Assembly (NCBI GenBank): GCA_002269645.1
Contig: NIVC01003881.1
Span: 1 to 25,790, forward strand
From: Macrostomum lignano
Lineage: Eukaryota
DNA length: 25,790 nt
Direction of reading: 5' to 3'
Shown here: positions 10,424-20,801 of the stretch, piece by piece
Layout of the letters: each line of letters opens with the position of its first letter
Position numbering within the stretch: position 1 is the first letter of the stretch
The notes under the pieces: model-generated
Seen by the model: only the letters and a program-made list of their open reading frames with translations
Told to the model about the DNA's origin: nothing
Database searches by the model: none
Made by a program: the position numbers and the translations under genes

Positions 10424-11642
10424 ATGCCAAGAGGTAAATTGAATTTGTAAACTGTTGTATAAAATCGTGTCCATTTTTTGTGTAAATTTACCACTTAATT
10501 AATAAAATAATTCTTACTTTTTCGAGAAGTGTACTTTTTCACCTGGCACATTTGTCTTGGAACTTTGGCTTACTCTGCTTAGGCCTATCATTACCAAATT
10601 TTCTGTGTATTAAAGGACTATAGTTTAGGCCTAATATTTAATATGTATAGGTGGCATAGGCCTAACATGAGTTATTGTAATTGTTAAATACTTCACTAAT
10701 CAATTTCACTAGTTTCTTAAAGGTATAGTACAAATCATCAAATGCAATAGGTACCAAAATTCTAGCTAGGTACTAATAAATAGGCACTAGAATGCATTCT
10801 TACCTAGGCCTAATCTAATTACTAATATAATTAAACACAATTTTATCAATCTAAATATCTAGGCTAGAGTCTAGACTAAATTATAAAATTTCATTTATTT
10901 ACTAATACAAGTCAAAATTGTCAAAAAGTACAATATTTGAATGAATTCTCAATCTCAAAACCCATGAATTGTTGTTACCAAATCAAAAGATTTGCTATTT
11001 GATCTACAAATTTCTAGATTTGTGATAGACACTTTTTATTAGGCCTATTATTAAAATTTATTTTTTATACATAGTTTTAAATTCTTTTAGCAATGAATCT
11101 TATTAAAGAATGATAATAATATATTTTACAAGGCCAACTCCTCCATTGGAGGAGAAAGGGGATAGAACTCCCATTGCCAAAATTCCATTCCCTGAAATCT
11201 ATCCCATGACCCAAATTCTATCTTCCAAATCCTCTCCAAATCCTTTCTAAAACCTCTCAAATACTATTTCTTTACTGCCATTGTTTAGACTAAGACTCTC
11301 TAATGTTTCCTCTCTCCTCTTTGCAGTCTTTGGTCTCTTATCTTTAATCTCTCCTTTCTTCTCTTTGCTCTCATCTCTTATCTATTAGGCCTATCTATTA
11401 TCCTTTCTTCTCTTTGCTCTCGTCTCTTATCTATTATCTCTAATCTCTCCTTTCTGTGTTCTTATATTTATATCTATTCTCCTTTCTCCTCACTACTTTC
11501 TCTTCTCTACTCTTTCATCTCTTCTCTTTTCCCTCATCTTCTACTCTCTTATTTCCTCTCTCGTCTGGTCTCTACTCCCTCTATCTCCTCTCTACTCTCT
11601 CCTTTCTTATCTCCTCTCTTTTTTTCTCTCTCTCTCTCACTG

Positions 11643-11732
<90 letters not shown>

Positions 11733-14700
11733 ATTTTCTCTTTCTTCTCTCCTTTTTTCTTCTCTCTTTTCTCTCATCTCTCCTCTCTCTCTTCTCTTTC
11801 TTCTCTCGTGTCTGTACTTTCTTATATTTGCTCTCCTCTTTTTTTCCTCTCCTCTCTTTTCTTCTCTTTACTCTCTCTTCTCTCTCCCTCTTCATTCCTG
11901 CCTCACCCCTTCTCTCTCCCCTCAGTCATCTCTAATCTCTCCTCTCTCATATCTACTCACTTTTATATTATCTCTCTTCTCTTCTCCTTTCTTTCTTTTC
12001 TCTACTCTCTTTTTTTACTGACTAAAGGTGCCAATAATAAAACCAATTGAAATTTGTCACTCACCTTCATTACTCTGAAATTACTTAAATGATAGCTGGC
12101 TTGAATGTGTGTATGCAACCCCCCCTGATCTCTTGGTCTCTGACTTTAACTTATTGCAAAAATGACTACAATCTTAGCAGAAAGTTTAAAGTATGGAAAT
12201 TGTTTTTAGAATGCTGTGTTTTTTGCGTTCATATTAAAAGCAAACAACTTATATCCCTGAACTTAGCATTGCAAGATCTTTCCAACAATATAAATCTCTC
12301 CTCTCAAAGTTTATAACTCAAGGAACAGTTAGCATTTGAAATTTTCCAGTTTCCCAATTGCTTGCTACATAGAGGCTTGCAAGTTTATTCATTGAATTTC
12401 ACTGTCCAGCAAATACATAGGGCTGCATATTAAAAGATGCCAATAATAAAACCAATTGAATCTTGACACAGTTTTATCTTTTTACACTATACAGCTGCTA
12501 TGTACACTCAACCCAAGCCCAACCCCCTCTTTTAGAGGAATCAATAAATTTAATTGCGCCTCCAACATGCAAGGGTTTATTTGTATTGAATGCACAACAC
12601 ATGTCACCCACCCCTCCTATACACAGCAACTTGCAAGAGGAGGTTGGGGTGGTTATTTTTACAAACATGCCACCACCTTTCTACTAAAGAGGCAAACTGG
12701 CCAAAGAGGTTAAGAAAACAGTTTTCTGCTTTTTTTCATAGACTTAATTTTGAAAATTTCAACATTAAAATAGCCTATTTGTTGCATAGGAAAATTTTGC
12801 ATTGATATATAAACATATATATGTTTCGCATTTGAGTTGGCAGCCATCTAGGAAGAGATACGCATTTAACCTGGCTAGTCAATCAATCGATTGGCCTACT
12901 CAGCTTTAGATATAAGATATAAAATAAGTTTATTTTATGAATATTATAAAAAAAATTATAAAAACAAATTAAAAACTTATTTAGCCTTTTTTGATAATAG
13001 GGCTATACTCTTATATATATTACATGGAATGCCAGAAAAAATTACCTCCCTAGATCATAAATTTAAGTTTATACCAAGAATCAACTTTACTCGTGATATA
13101 TACACTGGAAATTATTAAAGGTATTGCCACAATATAGAACCTTTTTGCATTGCAACAATACAGGACCTTTTTGTATTATGACATTTTGTTCCTTTGTATG
13201 CCAACAGCTATGCCATATATTGGCTCTATGGCGCAATTTTCTGGCAGATTGTTCTTTATGTTGGATACTTCATACCAATCATTTTTTCAAATCTATTGTA
13301 TGCTGGAATTTTCTAGTGTATATATAAGATTTGGAAGTAAGGGTAATAAAGTCCTGTAGATTCTAGATATCCAAATAATTAATTAGATTTTATTAGATTT
13401 GCCTATTATTTTTGCTACTAGAAGCATACTTTTTTATAGATACCTATCTATTAAGCCTTATTATAGCCAAAAGATATTTCTATAGATAGTAATTTAGAGC
13501 AATTCAATAATTAGTTAACATATTACTAGCTTGTATATTAAGGCCTAAGCGTTTGCAGTAAAGAAAGGAGATTCTTGCTTTTGTTTGATTCACTTTTAAC
13601 ATTTTATATCTCGAATTTGGATATTAGATACCAAATAAATACCTTTATCCAAGCTAAATGCCATTTCAGTCTATTCATAGTTTCATGTTTTTGTAAAATA
13701 TTTTTTTTATTATATTTTTGTAGGTCAAAGAGGCCTAGCAGTTTTTTAATCAAGGACAAGACAACATCAAAGTTGCTTAGGTAGTAGAGCTGACTGATGA
13801 TGTGAAATCTTTGTTAAGCTTGTGACAGTACTGGATATTCCATGCAATCTTGCACACCAATTGCCCCTAACCTTGCAATGCAATCCAGGCCGCGGTCCGC
13901 AGCACAAGGGCGCCAGGCGTCAGTTTACAGATGAGGACACGCTGGCCCGCGAGGTCCAGGAGCTCAATGTTAGAGAGGGCGGCGGTGGTCGAAGCAAGAA
14001 AAAGGAAGAAAGCGACGAGAGCGACTCGTCTGAGGATGAGGCCGAGGATGCTGGAGCCGCTGGGGGCAGCGGAGACGAGGATGGAGAGAAGACTAAGGTG
14101 AGAAAAGGAAATCATTTTCTAGCCATTGGAACTCCGTTTTTTAGAAGCCTTTTTCAAACTTCTCAGTAGTTATTGATCCCAGAATTTTCCTTTGATCCCC
14201 GATGGAATCCCGACCTATTTAATCTCTATCAGGAATCCCCATCTGATCCCATTGAGAACCCTTATCTTATCCCATTAAGAATCCCTATCTAATCCCATTT
14301 TAGAATCCCTATCTGATCCCATTGAGAATCCCTATCTGATCCCATAAGAATCCCTATCTGATCCCATTGAGGATCCCATCTGATCCCATTGAGAATCCCC
14401 TTCTGATCCCATTGAGAGTCCCTATCTTATCCCAATAAGAATCCCTATCTGATCCCATTGAGGATCCCATCTGATCCCATTGGGAATCCCTATCTGATCC
14501 CATTGAGAATCCCCTTCTGATCCCATTGAGAGTCCCTATCTGATCCCAATAAGAATCCCTATCTGATCCCATTGAGGATCCCATCTGATCCCATTAAGAA
14601 TCCCATCTGATCCCATTGAGAATCCCATCTGATCCCATTGAGAATCCCATTAAGAATCCCATCTGATCCCATTGAGAATTCCTATCTGATCCCAATAAGC

Positions 14701-16559
14701 ATCTGTATCTGATCCCATTGAGGATCCCATTTGATCCCATTGGGAATCCCCATCTGATATCATTGAGAATCCCTATCTAATCCCATTGAGAATTCCTTTC
14801 TGATCCCATTGAAAATCCCATCTGATCCCATTGGAAATCTCATCTGATCCCATTGGGAATCCCATCTGATCCCATTGGGAATCCCATCTGATCCCTTTGG
14901 GAATCCCATCTAATCCCATTAGGAATCCCATCTGATCCCATTGGGAATCCCATCTGATCCCATTGGGAATCCCATCTGATCCCATTGGGAATCCCATCCG
15001 ACCCCACAAACTGCCGCAGGCGCACGGCGTGGAGAACCTGATCCAGTCGGAGAACCCGAACCGGCAGCCGGCCGCTACCAAGTCGGTGAAGAAGCTCGGA
15101 GCGGACGCCCCGGCCCCCGAGCTGTCCCGCCGCGAACGGGAGGAGCTGCAGCGGCAGCGAGATCGCGAGGCCTACGAGAGGCTGCACGCCCAGCACAAGA
15201 CTGCCGAGGCTCAGGTTGTTGCTCCTGTTGTGTGTTTTTATTTGCGCAGCTGGCATTTGGAAATAGTCGAGTAGTTTCCATGATAATTTAAATTGAAAAT
15301 TGAACCTCTGCTCGAGCTGAATTTCGAATAGCATCTTCGATTTCTCAGATTTTCCGACCTTTTCTAATCAATCTAATCTAGCCCTAAGCTATTTGTACTC
15401 GCTAGGCTCCCTAAGTGCCTAGTCGCCTAATTTGGTGCCTAAGCTAATCACCTAATCTGATCCGTACCTAGCTCGTGCTGTGATCCTTTTTTCGCATTTG
15501 ATCTCTAATTATCTAGTACTGTAATATGCTTAGTCACCTGTGTGATTCCTAATCACAATATGATCTCTAATCATCTAGTACGCTTGTACTCATAATATCC
15601 TTAATCACCTGCGTGATTCCTAACACCTAATATGATCTCTAAACACCTAAAAAATACGATCCCTAATCATCTAATATGATCATTAATCACCTAATATGAT
15701 CCCTAATCACCTAATACGATCCCTAATCACCTAATATGATCCCTAATCATCTAGTACGATCCCTAATCACCTAATATGATCCTTAATCACCTAATATGAT
15801 CCCTAATCATCTAATAAGATCCTTAATCACCTAATATGATCCTTAATCACCTAATATGATCCCTAATCATCTAATAAAATCCTTAATCATCTAATGTGAT
15901 CATTAATCACCTAATATGATCCCTAATCACCTAATATGATCCTAATCATCTAATACGATCCCTAATCACCTAGTATGATCCCTAATCACCTAATATGATC
16001 CCTAATCACCTAATATGATCCTTAATCACCTAATATGATCCCTAATCATCTAGTACGATCCCTAATCACCTAATATGATCCATAATCATCTAGTATGATC
16101 CCTAATCACCTAATATGATCCATAATCATCTGGTATGATTCCTAATCATCTGGTGTGATCCCTAATAACCTAATATGATTCCTAATCATCTGGTGTGATC
16201 CCTAATAACCTAATATGACTCCTAATCACCTAATAAAATCTCTAATCACGTAATATGATCCGCAATTGCCTATTCGAATCTAGCAGATATTTGCTAATCT
16301 AATGCGGTCCCTCACAACCCTGCAGGCGGACCTCGCCCGCCTGGCTATTGTGCGCGCCCAACGCGAGGAGGCGGCCAAAAAGCGCGAAGCGGAGCGCCAG
16401 GCCAAGGAGGTTGAGGCGCAGCGCCGGCGCGAGGAAGTGGAGCGCGGCACGGCCAGCAGGCCGGCCGCCGTAGGCCGGGGCGGACGGAGCCGGGCAAAGA
16501 AGGAGCGCGAGAAGGAGAAGAAGCAGCAGGCTGCCGCGGGTGGCAGCGCGAACTCTTGA
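10424..16559 (+). CDS. PDAP1: 28 kDa heat- and acid-stable phosphoprotein / PDGFA-associated protein 1 orthologue; exons 10424-10433, 13889-14097, 15020-15214, 16326-16559 (~215 aa)
   Basis: The joined protein is MPRG|RGPQHKGARRQFTDEDT...acidic tract...KTK|AHGVENLIQSENPNR...ELSRREREELQRQ...KTAEAQ|ADLARLAIVRAQREEAAKKRE. This matches the PP28-family motifs GVEGLI.IENPNR, ELSRREREE and ADLARLAIIR. All three introns are GT-AG with matching phases (1, 0, 0). The exon-1 assignment (ATGCCAAGAG|GTAAAT) is slightly less certain. Confidence 0.93.
11305..12012 (+). repeat. CT-rich low-complexity tract with a pure (CT)n core (~11625-11728) in PDAP1 intron 1
   Basis: About 700 bp of almost pure pyrimidine on +. 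Confidence 0.95.
14225..14998 (+). repeat. ~22-bp minisatellite in PDAP1 intron 2
   Basis: GATCCCATTGGGAATCCCATCT and variants; the unit is quasi-palindromic (TCCCA-T-TGGGA). Confidence 0.93.
15540..16260 (+). repeat. 20-bp minisatellite in PDAP1 intron 3
   Basis: GATCCCTAATCACCTAATAT and variants. Confidence 0.93.
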
Positions 16560-16654
16560 ATCAGAATTATTTTGCTGTGCGTGTTCGGGCTCGCTTGTCT
16601 TTTAATATTGTTATTAGTATATAAATAAGTATTAGTTTATTTAAAAAATCGCGA

Positions 16655-17620
16655 GGTTTGAAAGTGTGAACCTTCGCATCCTGAGGTGTGAAAGTGTGAA
16701 CCTTTGCATCCTGAGGTGTGAAAGTGTGAATCTTTGCATTCTGAGGTGTGAAAGTGTGAAACTTTGCATCCTGAGCTGTGAAAGTGTGAATCTTTGCATC
16801 CTGAGGTGTGAAAGTGTGAACCTTTGCATCCTGAGGTGTGAAAGTGTGAATCTTTGCATTCTGAGGTGTGAAAGTGTGAAACTTTGCATCCTGAGCTGTG
16901 AAAGTGTGAATCTTTGCATCCTGAGGTGTGAAAGTGTGAATCTTTGCATCCTGAGGTGTGAAAGTGTGAAGCTTCGCATCCTGAGGTGTGAAAGTGTGAT
17001 CCTTTGCATCCTGAGGTGTGAAAGTGTGAATCTTTGCATCCTGAGGTGTGAAAGTGTGAATCTTTGCATCCTGAGGTGTGAAAGTGTGAACCTTTGCATC
17101 CTGAGGTGTGAAAGTGTGATCATTCGCGTCCTGAGGTGTGAAAGTGTGAACCTTCGCATCCTGAGGTGTGAAAGTGTGATCATTCGCGTCCTGAGGTGTG
17201 AAAGTGTGAACCTTCGCATCCTGAGGTGTGAAAGTGTGATCATTCGCGTCCTGAGGTGTGAAAGTGTGATCATTCGCGTCCTGAGGTGTGAAAGTGTGAA
17301 CCTTCGCATCCTGAGGTGTGAAAGTGTGATCATTCGCGTCCTGAGGTGTGAAAGTGTGAACCTTCGCATCCTGAGGTGTGAAAGTGATCATTCGCGTCCT
17401 GAGGTGTGAAAGTGTGAACCTTTGCATCCTGAGGTGTGAAAGTGTGAATCTTTGCATCCTGAGGTGTGAAAGTGTGAGCCTTCGCATCCTGAGGTGTGAA
17501 AGTGTGAATCTTTGCATCCTGAGGTGTGAAAGTGTGAGCCTTCACATACCGAGGTGTGAAAGTATGATCCTTCACATCATGAGGAGGTGTGAAAGTGTGA
17601 TCCATCACACTCTGAAGTGT
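16655..17620. repeat. 30-bp minisatellite downstream of PDAP1
   Basis: About 32 copies of CTGAGGTGTGAAAGTGTGAATCTTTGCATC with variant blocks. Confidence 0.95.
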
Positions 17621-18346
17621 TATAATATTCAGATCCTGAAATACTAATGTACTTTATCTGTAAGTGTTAAGTCCTAAAGTCCTGAGTTGAGGCGCTAGAG
17701 CTGTACCGATAGTTACACCTGAAGTGTCCAATTTCTAGATTTTAAAATATAGTGAACTATTAATCCTCATTTTGTTGAGCATTCGCTAATTATCAATATG
17801 TGGTTAATTTTTCCTGGGTACAACTGTTGTAATTGTGGTAATTTCAATGGGTTAAGGCAGAATGTGTGCTAATCCAGCTGAAAAATATTTACATAAATAA
17901 TTGAACTGAATTAAATTAAAACTAACGACAAAGGCTTGACGAAAATGTTAGAGAATATTTCGTTGTAAAAAATAAATTTGTTGTGTTTAAGTCGCAGCTC
18001 GCTACTGCACGAGTGAGTAGCTGTACTGACGTTTGACTTGTGGTCCTGCAATGGCCGTTTATTGTTGACTACAACGTAATTTGTAGACTTTTTAAAGGAT
18101 TATTAATTTATATTGATGTAGACACGGCCTGGGCCTCTCCAATAATTTTTGCGTACCCTCCCCTATGATCCCTGTGCTTATCACCCACCCCACTACCCGC
18201 GCACCAACCCCACCTTTTTATTTATTGTTTAAAATCATTCACGCTTTTGGAAGTTTTATGACCCCTATCTTCTATAGCCTGATACGTAATCCCCCATCAT
18301 AAATCATTATCATATAAATCATAGATAAATCATAATAATTTCTCGT

Positions 18347-18377
18347 CCAATCACAGCGCGGCTGGCGGGTGACGTCA
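18347..18377 (+). promoter_or_regulatory. CCAAT box plus perfect CRE (TGACGTCA) in a CpG-rich patch
   Basis: CCAAT at 18347-18351 and TGACGTCA at 18370-18377; this is a motif match only. Confidence 0.35.
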
Positions 18378-19080
18378 TCAGGGTTGCTTGACGCGTGATC
18401 TCAGGGTTCGGTCTCGAACCGCGGGTCATCGGGTTCCCCTCTGAAGTTCTACAAGTTAATCTCCTAGGACCAAGCTAATTTCCCCTAAACCCTAAACACT
18501 GATTGCTCCCAGATCCTCAGGATCATCCTAATAGACATTGTAGCCTAGAATCGCCCACCAACTAAAGATCACCCCTGTGCAAAAGTCCTCGTTTCCAGCA
18601 CTGACTAGACTCATTGTATGCCTGGCATAGAGTCGGCCATTTCTAGTACAGTCTTGTTAGTGAGTTTTTACCGGATGTACGGGCTTGCACAGGTGACTGG
18701 TGGTGGCCACTCCTTTGGCGACTGGCGTGTACCTTTAAACAACCCGGGCCCGCTGCTAGATAATGAGATCTTGGCCACAACGTCAGCTACCACACCACCC
18801 AGAAGTGGACAAAGTCTAGGGGGCGAGGCTTGGCTGCTGATTGCTGAAATTTTCACAGGTTTTTCAACAGGTGTTTTCATGCAGCCCTGGTTACGTCAAT
18901 ATATCGTGCAAGATCACGTTCTATACTATATACTAGAGTCTAGACGGCAGTCCTAAGCTGCACTCCAGGAGTCTCTTTCTCTCCAACTCTTACTGCACGG
19001 GCTTCGTGTTCTAGTCTCTAAACTAAATAGAAGTCCACAGCTGAGCTATCTTTTATTATGAGCTAAAGGCCCATTCACAC

Positions 19081-19260
19081 CGCCATCAAATGAGGCCGAT
19101 TTTCGAGTGATCACACAAAATTTCAGTTGATGATTAACGAATCTTTGTCAATCACCTCAGTTTTTCACGCCATCAAATGAGGCCGATTTTCGAGTGATCA
19201 CACAAAATTTCAGTTGATGATTAACGAATCTTTGTCAATCACCTCAGTTTTTCACGCCAT
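19081..19260. repeat. Exact 87-bp tandem duplication at the left subterminus of the Harbinger element
   Basis: Units start at 19081 and 19168, with a partial third at 19255. Confidence 0.9.
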
Positions 19261-19690
19261 CAACAACTGACTTTTACTAGTGATCAACTGACATATACTG
19301 AGGAGAATGACTGGGCTGGGGCTTAGAGGAGGGTGACGCAATTTTTGCAATTAGTTGCGCGAGCAATACTGTGCGCACATATCTCCAGCTGAGCCCCAAA
19401 TGGTATATATTTTCAGAAGGTTTGAGAAAATACTTTGTGCTTTGAATTCAATACCAGTGTACAGTCTGTATCAGAGTACAAAGGCCAGAGCTCTTATTGA
19501 TATAACTGGCGCGAGCTAACGAAAAACCTAGCACCTACACTTTTCCGATCGTCCTTTTTCCCATGGTATTTCGATTGTCAGGGTGCCGAAGGTCGTATAT
19601 AGAGCAGGATTTTCTTGCACTGTGTTTACCAGGGGTTCCTGCGGCAACCAACAGGCGCTGTTTTTTCACGCTTGCTCGTTTCGCTTATGT

Positions 19691-19990
19691 CAGGGGTCGG
19701 CAAACTTTACCCCAAGGGCCAGATAAAGAACCTAGAGCATGGGGTCGGCAAAAATTTTTACCCCAAGGGCCAGATAAAGAACCTATAGCATGGGGTCGGC
19801 AAAAATTTTTACCCCAAGGGCCAGATAAAGAACCTAGAGCATGGGGTCGGCAAACTTTTTTACCCCAAGGGCCAGATAAAGAACCTATAGCATGGGGTTG
19901 GCAAACTTTTTTACCCAAGGGCCAGATAAAGAACCTAGAGCATGGGGTCGGCAAACTTTTTTACCCCAAGGGCCAGATAGAGAACCTAGC
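19691..19990. repeat. ~51-bp tandem array inside the Harbinger element, unit resembles a hAT-Charlie terminus
   Basis: About 6 copies of (CA)TGGGGTCGGCAAACTTTTTTACCCCAAGGGCCAGATAAAGAACCTAGAG; the first copy begins CAGGGGTCGGCAAACT. Confidence 0.88.
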
Positions 19991-20566
19991 TCGTGATGGA
20001 AAATAATAAAATAGTTAATAACCTGAATGGTGAGATGGCCAATCAATTTTAAAACGACAGTCAGACTAGACGGAGAGTTGTTGAAATAGAGTGGCTTGAG
20101 TTGAGTTTTGTGTGTTGCGCAACTTGGGGTGCTGTGCTGTGTGAGAGGCAAGCGACCAATGTACAGCGTTTTAGTTGATCAACTGGCCCTCGCGTTATTA
20201 ACTTTTGTGGCTGAATTTGAAAATATATTCTAAGTTAGCTGAGATTTCAAGTGATCACAGAAAAAGTTAGAAATTCTGTGTGGTTAAACGAGTCGTGTGA
20301 TTTGGTCTTTCATTTGATTGCAGTGTGAATGAGCCTTAAAATCACGCCGCCTTATTGGGAGGGGTTGATTTATTTATTCAGCTTGGATAATAGTTAGAAG
20401 TGACACGCCTGCAGTGAATGTACATTTTGGAGGGCTAGGGAAGTGACTAGAAACACTGTACATTGCTTCGCGCGGACTGATTTAGCCTTATCTTCGCCAG
20501 CCGTTTATTACCCCCCCACGCCACTATGCGTTGACGGCTTCACCCCTATCCCCTTCCTGACCGCTG

Positions 20567-20698
20567 ATTGGCTGAAACCCCGCCAGAATAGCTTATCTGC
20601 AGCAGCAGCCTATCGTATTGTCCGAGAGCCAGAGGGGCCGTAATCCGCTTTGTTTCGCAACCCTCACTTATTACTTTATTTTTTTACTTTACTATAAA
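20567..20698 (+). promoter_or_regulatory. Putative promoter of the CCCH gene (inverted CCAAT, TATA-like)
   Basis: ATTGG at 20567-20571 and TATAAA at 20693-20698, about 105 nt before the ATG. Confidence 0.35.
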
Positions 20699-20801
20699 TC
20701 TGCCAGCGCGGACCTTAAATGCGCGAAGCTAAAGGGGCACTGTATTTTGATTAACCTCTTGCTACACATTTGAACAAAGTGAGAAAGTGAATTGAGTCAC
20801 C

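Larger units (their letters stand above)
19067..20336. mobile_element. Non-autonomous PIF/Harbinger-type DNA transposon (1270 bp)
   Basis: The left end AGGCCCATTCACACCGCCATCAAATGA matches the reverse complement of the right end, AGGCTCATTCACACTGCAATCAAATGA, at 24/27 positions. TAA lies on both sides (19064-19066, 20337-20339) as a 3-bp TSD. No transposase ORF is present. Confidence 0.85.

Noticed and set aside
10060-13130. Kolobok-like TTAAAGG termini
   Set aside because: No matching opposite terminus was found, and the motif is expected by chance in AT-rich DNA.
15540-16260. Interstitial telomeric repeat (CCCTAA)
   Set aside because: CCCTAA is a single hexamer within a 20-bp unit, not a tandem telomeric tract.
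16567-17647. Long ORFs of 242-316 aa on both strands
   Set aside because: They are translations of the 30-bp minisatellite (10-aa periodicity) in stop-free frames, with no non-repeat coding content.
18380-18440. tRNA or tRNA-SINE suggested by GGTTCG
   Set aside because: No A-box or cloverleaf can be built; there is only a small hairpin.
18993-19016. Helitron 3' end (GCACGGGC...CTAGT)
   Set aside because: The complementary upstream hairpin arm and a 5' TC end are not evident.
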